30,965 bases of DNA from a virus. The notes under the pieces were generated by a model. It saw only the letters and a program-made list of their open reading frames with translations, did no database searches and was not told the origin of the DNA. The translations under genes and the position numbers were made by a program. The stretch lies in the UHGV virus genome UHGV-0305615; one strand, given 5' to 3'. Of the stretch, positions 22,937 to 30,965 are shown one piece after another. Every line of letters begins with the position of its first letter. The first letter of the stretch is position 1.

Positions 22937-25683
22937 TGCCAGTTGTACCAACAACATCGGGACGCCAGGTGCAAAGTCGTGGTGTGCAAACCGGTGGTTT
23001 TCAGACCTTCGATGTTCCTCAAGCAGGTCAGGTGCTGGCGAATGTCGCAGATCAGTATGCGGTGGCATATGGTGAAGCCAGGCAGAAAGCGAATGTTGCT
23101 ATGGCCCAGGAGGCGTTACTGCAATTTAACCAATTTGCAGATGACCAGATTAACAACCCTGAAAATGGGCTGATTTCTAAACAGGGTAAAAACGCTCTTG
23201 GTCAGAGTGACGCTGTTATGAAAAATATGCAGGAAAGGGCTCAGGCATTATTAGGCTCAATTCCTGAAAGTGAGGAAAGGAATAAATTATCCTTTCAACT
23301 CCAGAAGTCTATGCAGTCTTATTACAATCAGGCACGTCGATATGAAGTTGGGCAGTTTCAGCAATTCCAAGATCAAACGTATTTGTCAGGAAATGCATTG
23401 GCTGTCACTCAGTCTGCGGGGCTATATAGCGATAACCAAGCATTTGTCGATTTAGCCAAGCAGCGATTTGAATCTATTGATCAATACGCTGATGCGCATG
23501 GGCTTCCTGATGAGTGGCGTGTTCAGCAGAAAACTCAGCTCAAGGAACAAATGGGGCAGCAAGCATGGATAGGAAATATCGCTCAAAAATACAACGAGTT
23601 TCTTCAGGTTAATGGAGAGCCAGGGGATCTTGATGGTGTGAGTCGCGCAATATCACATGGTAATTCATTGGATGCTCGTGGTTTACGTAATAATAACCCT
23701 GGTAATATTGAAGCGAGCAAATCTAACCCGTGGGAAGGTCAGATCGGTAGCGATGGACGTTTTGCAACGTTTGCTACCCCTGAGCATGGAATCCGCGCGT
23801 TGGGTAAAAATATGTTGTCTTACCAGCGTCAAGGCTATGACACCGTTAGCGAGATTGTTAATCGCTATGCTCCGGCTAGTGATGGTAATAATACTGATGC
23901 TTATATTAGGGCATTGTGTGGTGAGCTTGGTGTTGGGGAGAATGATCAGCTTGATATCTCTAACCCAAAGACACTAGCTGCTTTATGTGCTGGGATTATT
24001 AAACACGAAAATGGCAGTATGCCTTATAGCACCGAACAGCTTGAAACTGGTATCTCGGCAGCCCTTGGTCTAACTAACCTTGATTCACCTAAGCGTTATA
24101 CGGGCAATGCGGCATTTGATGCTATGAGCCCTCAAATGCAAATACAGGCATTGAGGCAGGCTAATGAGCTGAGAAATCAGTACCGCCAGCAGTATGCGGA
24201 CCAGCTTAGCACCGTAGTTAAAGATGCATATTCAGCCCTTGATGAAGGATTGAAACCTGAGAAGTTACCTTCTGAGGACGATTTTATCCGGGCCAATGGT
24301 CCGCGCATTGGCGCTATGAAGTGGAAGGATATGCAGGCGCAGATACAATATGGAGGTGTCATTGGTGCCGCTAAAGACCTCACTCCAGAAGGACGACAAG
24401 ACATTCTTGAACGTTTACGTCCACAGGATCCAAACGCTCCTGGATTTGCAGCTAACCAGCAACGCTGGGAGAAAATGCAGGCCAAATTTAAAGAGATGGA
24501 TAGGGAGTGGGAGATTCAGCAGGGAAGAAACAGGTTCGTGTCTTCAATGCAAAATAACTTCCCGCTGGACCCGAACGACAAAAACAATCAGGCAGCGGTA
24601 GACCGCTATTTCGCGCAGGATATCGCGCCTTCGTTTTCCATATCTGATCCGCAGAGCATCAATACACTGGTCACCGTCACAACTAAAAGCGGCATGATAC
24701 CAACTCAGGTTAAAACAATGCTTAACAGTGGAGCAACATCAAGAGATCCTGCGCTGGTTGTCCCGATGGCAAAATTCTACGGTCAGTTATTCGATAATAA
24801 TCCGGCGGCAGCGGCAACACTTGATAAAAGTACGATGGCATTTTACGGCAAGGTTTACGATTATTCCCGCGCTGGCGTGCCGGAGGATAAGGCTGTTGAT
24901 ATGGCTTACAGCCAGGTGTTCCAACAGGATGACCGAATGAAACAGATGCTTTCCACTGCCATGCGAGACAAAAAATATGTCGCGGCGAGGGCAACTGCTG
25001 CACAAAATAACGCCAGCAGTCTGACTTCCTTTGGTTCGTGGTCTCCGGATATTACCGATCCAGGAAAATCAAATGCGGCCTATCAGCGAGATTACCAGAC
25101 AATTTACGATGCTAACTTTGTACAGACAGGTGGCGATGCAGAACAGGCTGAGAAAATGACCAATGCCATGATCAGAACCACCTGGGGAGTTTCTACGGTT
25201 AATGGCAAAGCAGAGGTTATGAAGTATGCACCTGAGGCATTGTACGGAGTAAATAATGGTGCTGGTAACTGGATACAGGGGCAGTGGGAGCAGGAAAAAC
25301 GCGAGCTTAAATCAAAATCCTTTGGCGGTCCTCGCAGTGATACGGACTTAATACTTGTTTCTGATGGCCTTACGGCAAGGGATAGGAGTTATGCTGTTAT
25401 GGTTTTACAGCCTGACGCAAACGGAGCGATAGAACCGAGAAATTATATTGGAGAAAATGGTCTCCCTGTTCGTTTCAAGCCGGATCAGCTGACATCTCCA
25501 ATGTACAGGCAAACCATTCAGTTCCAGCAACAGCGTGTTGATGAGGCTAGAGTGCGGAGAGAAGGCAATCCGCTGCCGCAGTTCAGCAATAAAGATGGAT
25601 ATACTCCTCCAGATCTGACCAAACCATTCGGTTATGGTTCAGCCAATTACCTTCCGAGCAATATATACGCAGGGGGCAAATAA
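22936..25683 (+). CDS. Internal virion (ejection) protein with putative cell-wall hydrolase-like segment, gp15-position
   Basis: 915 aa; AGGAGG RBS; segment GLRNNNPGNIEASKSNPWEGQIGSDGRFATF... looks like a lysozyme-like domain (recollection). Confidence 0.55.
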   Translation: MPVVPTTSGRQVQSRGVQTGGFQTFDVPQAGQVLANVADQYAVAYGEARQKANVAMAQEALLQFNQFADDQINNPENGLISKQGKNALGQSDAVMKNMQERAQALLGSIPESEERNKLSFQLQKSMQSYYNQARRYEVGQFQQFQDQTYLSGNALAVTQSAGLYSDNQAFVDLAKQRFESIDQYADAHGLPDEWRVQQKTQLKEQMGQQAWIGNIAQKYNEFLQVNGEPGDLDGVSRAISHGNSLDARGLRNNNPGNIEASKSNPWEGQIGSDGRFATFATPEHGIRALGKNMLSYQRQGYDTVSEIVNRYAPASDGNNTDAYIRALCGELGVGENDQLDISNPKTLAALCAGIIKHENGSMPYSTEQLETGISAALGLTNLDSPKRYTGNAAFDAMSPQMQIQALRQANELRNQYRQQYADQLSTVVKDAYSALDEGLKPEKLPSEDDFIRANGPRIGAMKWKDMQAQIQYGGVIGAAKDLTPEGRQDILERLRPQDPNAPGFAANQQRWEKMQAKFKEMDREWEIQQGRNRFVSSMQNNFPLDPNDKNNQAAVDRYFAQDIAPSFSISDPQSINTLVTVTTKSGMIPTQVKTMLNSGATSRDPALVVPMAKFYGQLFDNNPAAAATLDKSTMAFYGKVYDYSRAGVPEDKAVDMAYSQVFQQDDRMKQMLSTAMRDKKYVAARATAAQNNASSLTSFGSWSPDITDPGKSNAAYQRDYQTIYDANFVQTGGDAEQAEKMTNAMIRTTWGVSTVNGKAEVMKYAPEALYGVNNGAGNWIQGQWEQEKRELKSKSFGGPRSDTDLILVSDGLTARDRSYAVMVLQPDANGAIEPRNYIGENGLPVRFKPDQLTSPMYRQTIQFQQQRVDEARVRREGNPLPQFSNKDGYTPPDLTKPFGYGSANYLPSNIYAGGK

Positions 25684-28600
25684 TGCCGATATATGAACAG
25701 GATCCTAAAGAGTTGCTTGGCGAGGATATTCAGCAAATAGCAGCACCTGATGACAGTAATTTCTATATGGAAACACCTTCTTTGCTTTCTGCTGTGAACC
25801 CATTTACCAGTGATCAACGCGTTCAAAGGTCTAGACAAGCAGCATTTCGTATAGATAACACGCTGGGTAGCTTTATTGCCAGTGCTCCTTTCAGTCAGTT
25901 TGACAGGGTTGAAGGATATAACCCATTTGATAACGATGCAGCAGATATTAAAGGCTATGAAGATTTTGCAGATTCGTTTATCAACTCCGGTTCGCATGAA
26001 GAAACAATGGCAATTAAACATCGAATCGATAAGCAAAGAACAGATAGAGAATATCTATCTGAAATGGGTGGTGCTGGTACTATTTCAAGCTTAGCAATGG
26101 GAATGATAGACCCGGTTAATGTGGCTGCAATGTTCATCCCTGTAGGGGCGGTAGCGCGTGGAGGAAGTATTGCTGAGACGGCAGGGCGTTTTGCCCTGGC
26201 GAATGCTGCTGGTGGGGGAGTATCAGAAGCCGCATTACAGGCCACTCAGGAAGCTCGCTCACCGATGGAGAGCGTATCGAACGTTGTTGTTGATGCTCTC
26301 GTTGGTGGGATCCTTGGTGCTGGTGCACAGCTACTTGCTGGACCTAGCGCGCGCGAGGCAGTGGTTAACTCAGTAGGTAATCATTTGAGAGGTATGGATT
26401 CTCCTCAAAGCATTGGTGCAGCTCAGGTTTTCAATACCACACTCGATCAGGAACAGCTCGCTGGACTTGGACTTGCTAACAAAACGTTGAGTGTCACTCC
26501 TGCTGGCCGCTTGGCTCAATCACCATCTCTTGTCTCCCGTCAGATTAACCAGCAGCTTGCCGAAAATAACTATTTCTTCGCCAAAAATGATGAGGGGTTG
26601 GCTACGTTTACGGCAGTCGAGACTAAGATTAAGCAATACGACGCCATGCTTTATAAGCAGATGGAAGCCACTCGTGATGCTTACCAGCAGTACAGCAAAT
26701 CTGTTAGCGCCCGCGGCGTGAAGAGGATGAACTTTATTGATTTCAATGAAGCTGTTGGCATGGCTATGCGCCGTGGTGATCAGAGTGATATTCCTGAGGT
26801 TTCACAAGCAGCCGCCAGAATCCGCCCCATTTTTGAGACCACAAAAGCCCGTATGCAGGAACTGGGGATCCTTCCTGAGGATATCGATGTCGTGACGGCG
26901 AAAAGTTATCTTCCCCGCATTTATAAGTTCGATAAGATACTTTCCGACCGCACTGAATTCAGAGGGCGAATTGCCAACTGGATACAAGGGATTAGTGCCA
27001 AAGGTGCTGACAAAGCAGGTCAGCGAATTGAAAGGATAAATTCATTGCTAAAAACTGCAGAGGAATCGGCACCGCGCGCTGATGCTCTCGCTAGTGAAAT
27101 CGCTGAAGCGGAGAAATGGTCTGGTAAAAAAATTCTACTCATGGAAGAACTGGATAAACGAAATAAGCTTATATCTCAGGAGACTGACACACAGGCGCGT
27201 CTTACAAGAATAGAAAAAGAGTTGGCCGAGACTTCATCAGAAAAACTTCAGGCAAGAATGATGAAAGAAAGTTCTGACCTTAAAACACGCCTTGATGATA
27301 TAGCGCAGGCAAAGAGTGAGCTTCCTGTCTATCAGCGCCATATGGAGTTGCTGGATAATCCACGGAAATATCGTTCTGAGCTTCGCCGACTGCAAAAACG
27401 GGCAAATTCAACCACAAGGCTGAATGCAAGCCGCGAACGAGCACTGAAGCAGATGGAGCCTCTATCCCGAGAGGAAGCAGAGGACGCTGCTGACGAGATC
27501 GTGAATAAAATAATAGGCGCACCTTCCGGGCTTGTACCAGCCGATATTATCCCAGAGAGACTCGTTGGTCGGGCTGGTTTCACTAAAAGCAGAACGCTGC
27601 TTATTCCTGATGAGCGTATAGAAGATTTTCTTGAATCAGATGTTAACTACATCATGGAAAGTTATCTCCGGCAGGTGGCACCAGAAATTGAGCTGACTGC
27701 GCAGTTTGGCCGTAAAGATATGGGGGAGCAAATCCGTCAGGTTAGTGAGGAATATACCCGGCTAATAAAAGAGGCTAAAACACCTAAACGACGTGCAGTT
27801 CTTGAGAAGCAACGGGAGGCTGATATTAGGGATATTACGGCTATGCGTGATCGACTGCTTGGTACTTACGGTGCACCTCAAGATCCACGCAGTTTCTTTG
27901 TTCGTGCCGGGCGAGTTGCTAGGAATATTAACTTCCTCCGTTTGCTTGGTGGAATGACTGTCTCCGCTGCAACTGATCTGATGCGACCGATGATGCAGCA
28001 TGGCCTGAGAAAATCTCTCGGACCAATGGTAAGCATGCTTAAAAATATGGACTCAGTGAAAATTGCAACCAGGGATTTGCGAGAAATGGCCGTTGGGCTT
28101 GATTATGTCCTGTCTACGCGTACAAAGGCTATAGCGGATCTTACTGACCCCTATAGCCGGAGAAGCGCCGCTGAGCGAGGTCTGAACTGGATGACGCAGA
28201 AATTCGGTAACTGGACGCTGATGAATCAGTGGAACAGCGCACTTAAATCATGGTCCGGGATTATAGTGCAGTCGAGGATACTTGACGCGGCTCGCCAAGT
28301 TTCTGCTGGTGGCACGCTCTCCAAAAGTGAAATGCGGAAGATGGCACAGGTCGGCATCAATGAAGATGTTCTGCGCCGAATCGGGGAGCAATTCGGGAAG
28401 CACGGAGAGGATATGGACGGGCTGTTAACCGGGCATAGTCATCTGTGGGATGACCGTTTCGCTAGAGAGATTTTCCAGTCTGCAGTGCTGAAAGATGTAG
28501 ACTCAGTGATTGTAACGCCTGGCGTAGGTGATACACCGCTGTTTTTTAGTAAAGAAGGCTGGAAGATGATCACGCAGTTCAAAACGTTTATCTTCGCACA

Positions 28601-29072
28601 GCATAACAGGGTGCTAGTATCTGGTATCCAGCAGGGCGATGCTGCATTCTATCTTGGTGCGCTTGGCACGATTGCGCTTGGCTCAATGGTCTATATGATG
28701 AAACAGAAGTTAAGCGGTCGCGATATCGACTACAGCTGGAATAACCTTGTGAAAGAGGGGATCGACCGGGGCGGAATGCTTGGCTGGCTCTCTGAGCCGC
28801 TGAATACCGTTGAGAACATAAGCGGCGGTAGGTTTGGTCTTGGCGCGATGTTTGGTGCGCCTCCGGTATCAAGGTTTCAGAGTCGTAATGCTATTGGTGC
28901 TTTACTTGGTCCTACCTTTGATCTTGGCGGTGATGCCGCGACGGTTGCGAATGGTGTACTTAACGGAGAATTTGACAGCCAGCAAACCCACGCGGTCCGT
29001 AAAATGCTACCTTTTCAGAACCTGTGGGCGATATCACCGTTACTAAATAAAGTTGAAGAGCAGATGAAATAG
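25683..29072 (+). CDS. Large internal virion / ejection protein, gp16-position
   Basis: 1129 aa; TAATG overlap with previous gene; call from size and position. Confidence 0.55.
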   Translation: MPIYEQDPKELLGEDIQQIAAPDDSNFYMETPSLLSAVNPFTSDQRVQRSRQAAFRIDNTLGSFIASAPFSQFDRVEGYNPFDNDAADIKGYEDFADSFINSGSHEETMAIKHRIDKQRTDREYLSEMGGAGTISSLAMGMIDPVNVAAMFIPVGAVARGGSIAETAGRFALANAAGGGVSEAALQATQEARSPMESVSNVVVDALVGGILGAGAQLLAGPSAREAVVNSVGNHLRGMDSPQSIGAAQVFNTTLDQEQLAGLGLANKTLSVTPAGRLAQSPSLVSRQINQQLAENNYFFAKNDEGLATFTAVETKIKQYDAMLYKQMEATRDAYQQYSKSVSARGVKRMNFIDFNEAVGMAMRRGDQSDIPEVSQAAARIRPIFETTKARMQELGILPEDIDVVTAKSYLPRIYKFDKILSDRTEFRGRIANWIQGISAKGADKAGQRIERINSLLKTAEESAPRADALASEIAEAEKWSGKKILLMEELDKRNKLISQETDTQARLTRIEKELAETSSEKLQARMMKESSDLKTRLDDIAQAKSELPVYQRHMELLDNPRKYRSELRRLQKRANSTTRLNASRERALKQMEPLSREEAEDAADEIVNKIIGAPSGLVPADIIPERLVGRAGFTKSRTLLIPDERIEDFLESDVNYIMESYLRQVAPEIELTAQFGRKDMGEQIRQVSEEYTRLIKEAKTPKRRAVLEKQREADIRDITAMRDRLLGTYGAPQDPRSFFVRAGRVARNINFLRLLGGMTVSAATDLMRPMMQHGLRKSLGPMVSMLKNMDSVKIATRDLREMAVGLDYVLSTRTKAIADLTDPYSRRSAAERGLNWMTQKFGNWTLMNQWNSALKSWSGIIVQSRILDAARQVSAGGTLSKSEMRKMAQVGINEDVLRRIGEQFGKHGEDMDGLLTGHSHLWDDRFAREIFQSAVLKDVDSVIVTPGVGDTPLFFSKEGWKMITQFKTFIFAQHNRVLVSGIQQGDAAFYLGALGTIALGSMVYMMKQKLSGRDIDYSWNNLVKEGIDRGGMLGWLSEPLNTVENISGGRFGLGAMFGAPPVSRFQSRNAIGALLGPTFDLGGDAATVANGVLNGEFDSQQTHAVRKMLPFQNLWAISPLLNKVEEQMK

Positions 29073-29513
29073 CTATTCACAATTAGTGATGGCGTATGTA
29101 TCAAATATATTGCCATCACTAAATACATACCTATACTCAATCTCTCCGCCAAGGTGAATAAATGCTTTCATTTGCCTGTTGGAGCAAATGCTCGATTTTG
29201 AATAATTTCGCATTACACTCTTTAATTTATTTTCTAAGGTTACATCACCATTATAAACTTTTGATAAATAGCTGTTGTTGTAATTAAGATGCGCTACAAC
29301 TAAAAGTTTGTTTAGTATTGCATTTATTGAAACAATAGACATATTATCATTCAATTTTATGGGAAGTGACTTTCCTGCTTCTGATGCAATTTTGTTTGCA
29401 TGTGCACACATATCCTCATTTATTAAATTCTTAAAACATATGTCGTTTGCAAACGAAAAAATTGGTAGGATAAACAAAACGGTAGCTGTAATAGCGTGCA
29501 TCGGCTTAATCAT
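29073..29513 (-). CDS. Hypothetical secreted protein (146 aa) with N-terminal signal peptide, AT-rich cargo gene
   Basis: MIKPMHAITATVLFILPIFSFA then NDICF...; 4 Cys; coding DNA roughly one-third GC versus ~50% in flanks. Confidence 0.55.
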   Translation of the reverse strand: MIKPMHAITATVLFILPIFSFANDICFKNLINEDMCAHANKIASEAGKSLPIKLNDNMSIVSINAILNKLLVVAHLNYNNSYLSKVYNGDVTLENKLKSVMRNYSKSSICSNRQMKAFIHLGGEIEYRYVFSDGNIFDTYAITNCE

Positions 29514-29525
29514 TAGGTGACCTTT

Positions 29526-29975
29526 ATGTTCAAGAAGATGATCAACAGATTAATCGGTGGTAAGGAGGTTAGCAATAAAATTCAACCTCTTATCTTTAAG
29601 GATAACTTTTCAGCTTTTGAGTATGCGTGTAAGTATCTTGACACAAGCCTTTCAGCCAATAAACCAATGCCAGCCATCATCATACCTGGTCCCAGTGGGG
29701 AACAGCCAGTTTTGCTAGATTCTGGAAGACAAAGGGCAATGCTGAAGGTGTGCTCAGCTGATGGTGGATTTTTTGTTATTGCCGATTCATCTTACAGCAA
29801 AGGACCAAAGCTGAGGATTGGTGATCTTGTTGCTTGGTTGCCTGTGAGTTATGCCGAAGAATTAACGGATAAAATAGAAGATCCTCGCTCCGCTATGGTT
29901 GGCTTTATATTGGGAACCATTCATCCTGAACTAACATCTACTGGCTGGAAGGGTAAAGAAAGATTTCGCAAGTAG
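29526..29975 (+). CDS. Hypothetical cytoplasmic protein (149 aa), AT-rich cargo gene
   Basis: ATG 29526 with AGGTGA RBS (track start 29517 is GTG); divergent from the secreted-protein gene with only ~12 bp between starts. Confidence 0.5.
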   Translation: MFKKMINRLIGGKEVSNKIQPLIFKDNFSAFEYACKYLDTSLSANKPMPAIIIPGPSGEQPVLLDSGRQRAMLKVCSADGGFFVIADSSYSKGPKLRIGDLVAWLPVSYAEELTDKIEDPRSAMVGFILGTIHPELTSTGWKGKERFRK

Positions 29976-29976
29976 C

Positions 29977-29988
29977 GTGACATGTCAC
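29977..29988. repeat. Perfect 12-bp palindrome GTGACATGTCAC (copy 3 of 3)
   Basis: Exact sequence, 1 nt after the TAG of the 149-aa gene. Confidence 0.6.
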
Positions 29989-30013
29989 AGGCCGCTTTCG
30001 CGGCCTTGTTTTT
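29989..30013 (+). terminator. Rho-independent terminator
   Basis: AGGCCGC-TTTC-GCGGCCT hairpin followed by TTGTTTTT. Confidence 0.6.
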
Positions 30014-30173
30014 AACGAATGCCACCGCCGCCCGGGCGGGAATCCGCAGAACGCCCACCGCAGCGGGAGCCGTCAGCGGCAGTATCGCTGTCGTGCTGAC
30101 AACGACCGGCAAAGGCCTGAGTTGAAGCTACCAGAGACAACAAAACGAACAGTGCAGCAAATGCTTTTTTCAT
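30012..30173 (-). CDS. Hypothetical small secreted peptide (53-aa precursor, 2 Cys in mature part)
   Basis: Internal ATG 30173 of track ORF 30012..30245; MKKAFAALFVLLSLVASTQAFA signal-peptide-like; upstream TTGACG-16-TATAGA promoter-like element; RBS weak. Confidence 0.35.
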   Translation of the reverse strand: MKKAFAALFVLLSLVASTQAFAGRCQHDSDTAADGSRCGGRSADSRPGGGGIR

Positions 30174-30245
30174 TGTGACATTTCCATCTATAAGCCACCT
30201 CGATGTGGCGTCAATGAGTGTAGCACTGACTTTTGTTTCGTCCAT

Positions 30246-30266
30246 AAAAAAGCCCGCAACGCGGGC
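30246..30266 (-). terminator. Rho-independent terminator ending the membrane-protein operon
   Basis: GCCCGC-AAC-GCGGGC hairpin followed on the minus strand by T6 (A-run 30246-30251 on plus). Confidence 0.7.
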
Positions 30267-30270
30267 TTAT

Positions 30271-30603
30271 TCAGTTATTTACTTTCTTTGGCACTATTGC
30301 TGATAATGAGATCATAAAGCCAGTTAGAGCAGCAATAATTAATGGGAATATGAAAGCATCTGAAGTTCTCAGTGGATTCTTCATATCGAACAGAATAACA
30401 ATGAAGAATGCGCTGGTTGCAAAAGTAGATGATGAATAAACCTCATTCATCTTGTATTGCAACTTATCCAAAGAAAAAGGAGGCGTATCTTTGCAAACGG
30501 CATCCCATATCAGATGAACAGCAAGATAAGCAATGCACAGTATGAAATAAAACCTTGTCAATTGCTGTGCATCTCTGGGCGCAAGCCAAGATAAATCAGG
30601 CAT
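30271..30603 (-). CDS. Hypothetical membrane protein (110 aa, about three predicted TM segments)
   Basis: Hydrophobic stretches FYFILCIAYLAVHLIW, FATSAFFIVILF, AFIFPLIIAALTGFMISLSAIV; start 1 nt after upstream gene's stop. Confidence 0.6.
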   Translation of the reverse strand: MPDLSWLAPRDAQQLTRFYFILCIAYLAVHLIWDAVCKDTPPFSLDKLQYKMNEVYSSSTFATSAFFIVILFDMKNPLRTSDAFIFPLIIAALTGFMISLSAIVPKKVNN

Positions 30604-30604
30604 T

Positions 30605-30793
30605 TTAGTTGGCTAACTTCTTTGCGGCATAGATAGCAGGGAGTGCAACAGCACCAGCCACAGCAAATGCATAGGCTATCCCAGCTGTAACAGTAAAAGC
30701 AGGAAGCAGGAAAGATAATCCGCCTGGTAGGGCAAAGCCTAAGCCCGCTCCGCCAATAATGGCCTTCAGCAATGTAATGATGTTGATTTCCAT
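30605..30793 (-). CDS. Hypothetical small membrane protein (62 aa, Gly/Ala-rich, two hydrophobic segments)
   Basis: GAGGGGG RBS; MEINIITLLKAIIGGAGLGFALPGG... with charged C-terminus KKLAN. Confidence 0.55.
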   Translation of the reverse strand: MEINIITLLKAIIGGAGLGFALPGGLSFLLPAFTVTAGIAYAFAVAGAVALPAIYAAKKLAN

Positions 30794-30819
30794 GTTTCCC
30801 CCTCATGTAAACTCTCGGT

Positions 30820-30834
30820 TTACCTTTGGGGTAA
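30820..30834. promoter_or_regulatory. Predicted operator (dyad TTACCTTTGGGGTAA) abutting the -10 of the membrane-operon promoter
   Basis: Exact dyad; minus-strand promoter TTGCAG (rc of 30857-30862), 17-bp spacer, TACTAT (rc of 30834-30839). Confidence 0.5.
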
Positions 30835-30905
30835 TAGTACTCTATTCACCCCCAGTCTGCAATCTGTACAGAATTATTTAAAGGCACGTCCCTGTGCCGC
30901 CGCCG

Positions 30906-30965
30906 TCAGAAGAACCCTGCCTTGTCGTTGATGTACTCCGCGTGAGTCTGGATATCACGCAGGCA
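30906..30965 (-). CDS. 3' end of a minus-strand gene (19 C-terminal codons ...CLRDIQTHAEYINDKAGFF); 5' part beyond window
   Basis: Open frame from window edge to TGA (rc of 30906-30908), followed by a weak hairpin (30883-30898). Confidence 0.3.
   Translation of the reverse strand, partial: CLRDIQTHAEYINDKAGFF

Noticed and set aside
30807-30823. Second palindrome GTAAAC-N5-GTTTAC overlapping the operator dyad
   Set aside because: A 6-N5-6 palindrome is expected several times per 31 kb by chance and its half-site spacing differs from the operator.
1-30965. CRISPR arrays, insertion sequences, transposases, integrase, rRNA
   Set aside because: No repeat-spacer arrays, terminal inverted repeats with transposase-like ORFs, or tyrosine/serine recombinase-like translations were seen in the window.

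Overview
This window is an internal ~31 kb stretch of a temperate, lambdoid-organised prophage of enterobacterial type (about 50% GC); no integrase or att site is visible. Left third (minus strand): an early-left operon with a 5'-partial antirepressor, an MT-A70 adenine methyltransferase, an AlpA-like regulator and an exonuclease/annealing-protein pair. Centre: a divergent immunity switch (dual-HTH repressor without an autocleavage domain, Cro-like gene), an O-like initiator with internal iterons, a lambda-P-like helicase loader and six small early genes. Right half: TerS/TerL, a minus-strand insert carrying tRNA-Arg(UCU) plus a 124-aa ORF, then a T7-like podoviral virion module (portal, scaffold, capsid, gp11/gp12-like tail tube, gp14/15/16-like internal proteins). 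The right end is AT-rich cargo and small secreted/membrane protein genes. The two strongest unexplained signals are non-coding: a 15-bp dyad TTACC-N5-GGTAA found 8 times exactly (plus 2 near-copies), always in intergenic promoter regions in front of transcription units, and a perfect 12-bp palindrome GTGACATGTCAC found 3 times at module junctions. No tail fibre/spike, endolysin or Q-like antiterminator was recognised. All protein calls rest on reading the translations and remembered family motifs; no database search was run.
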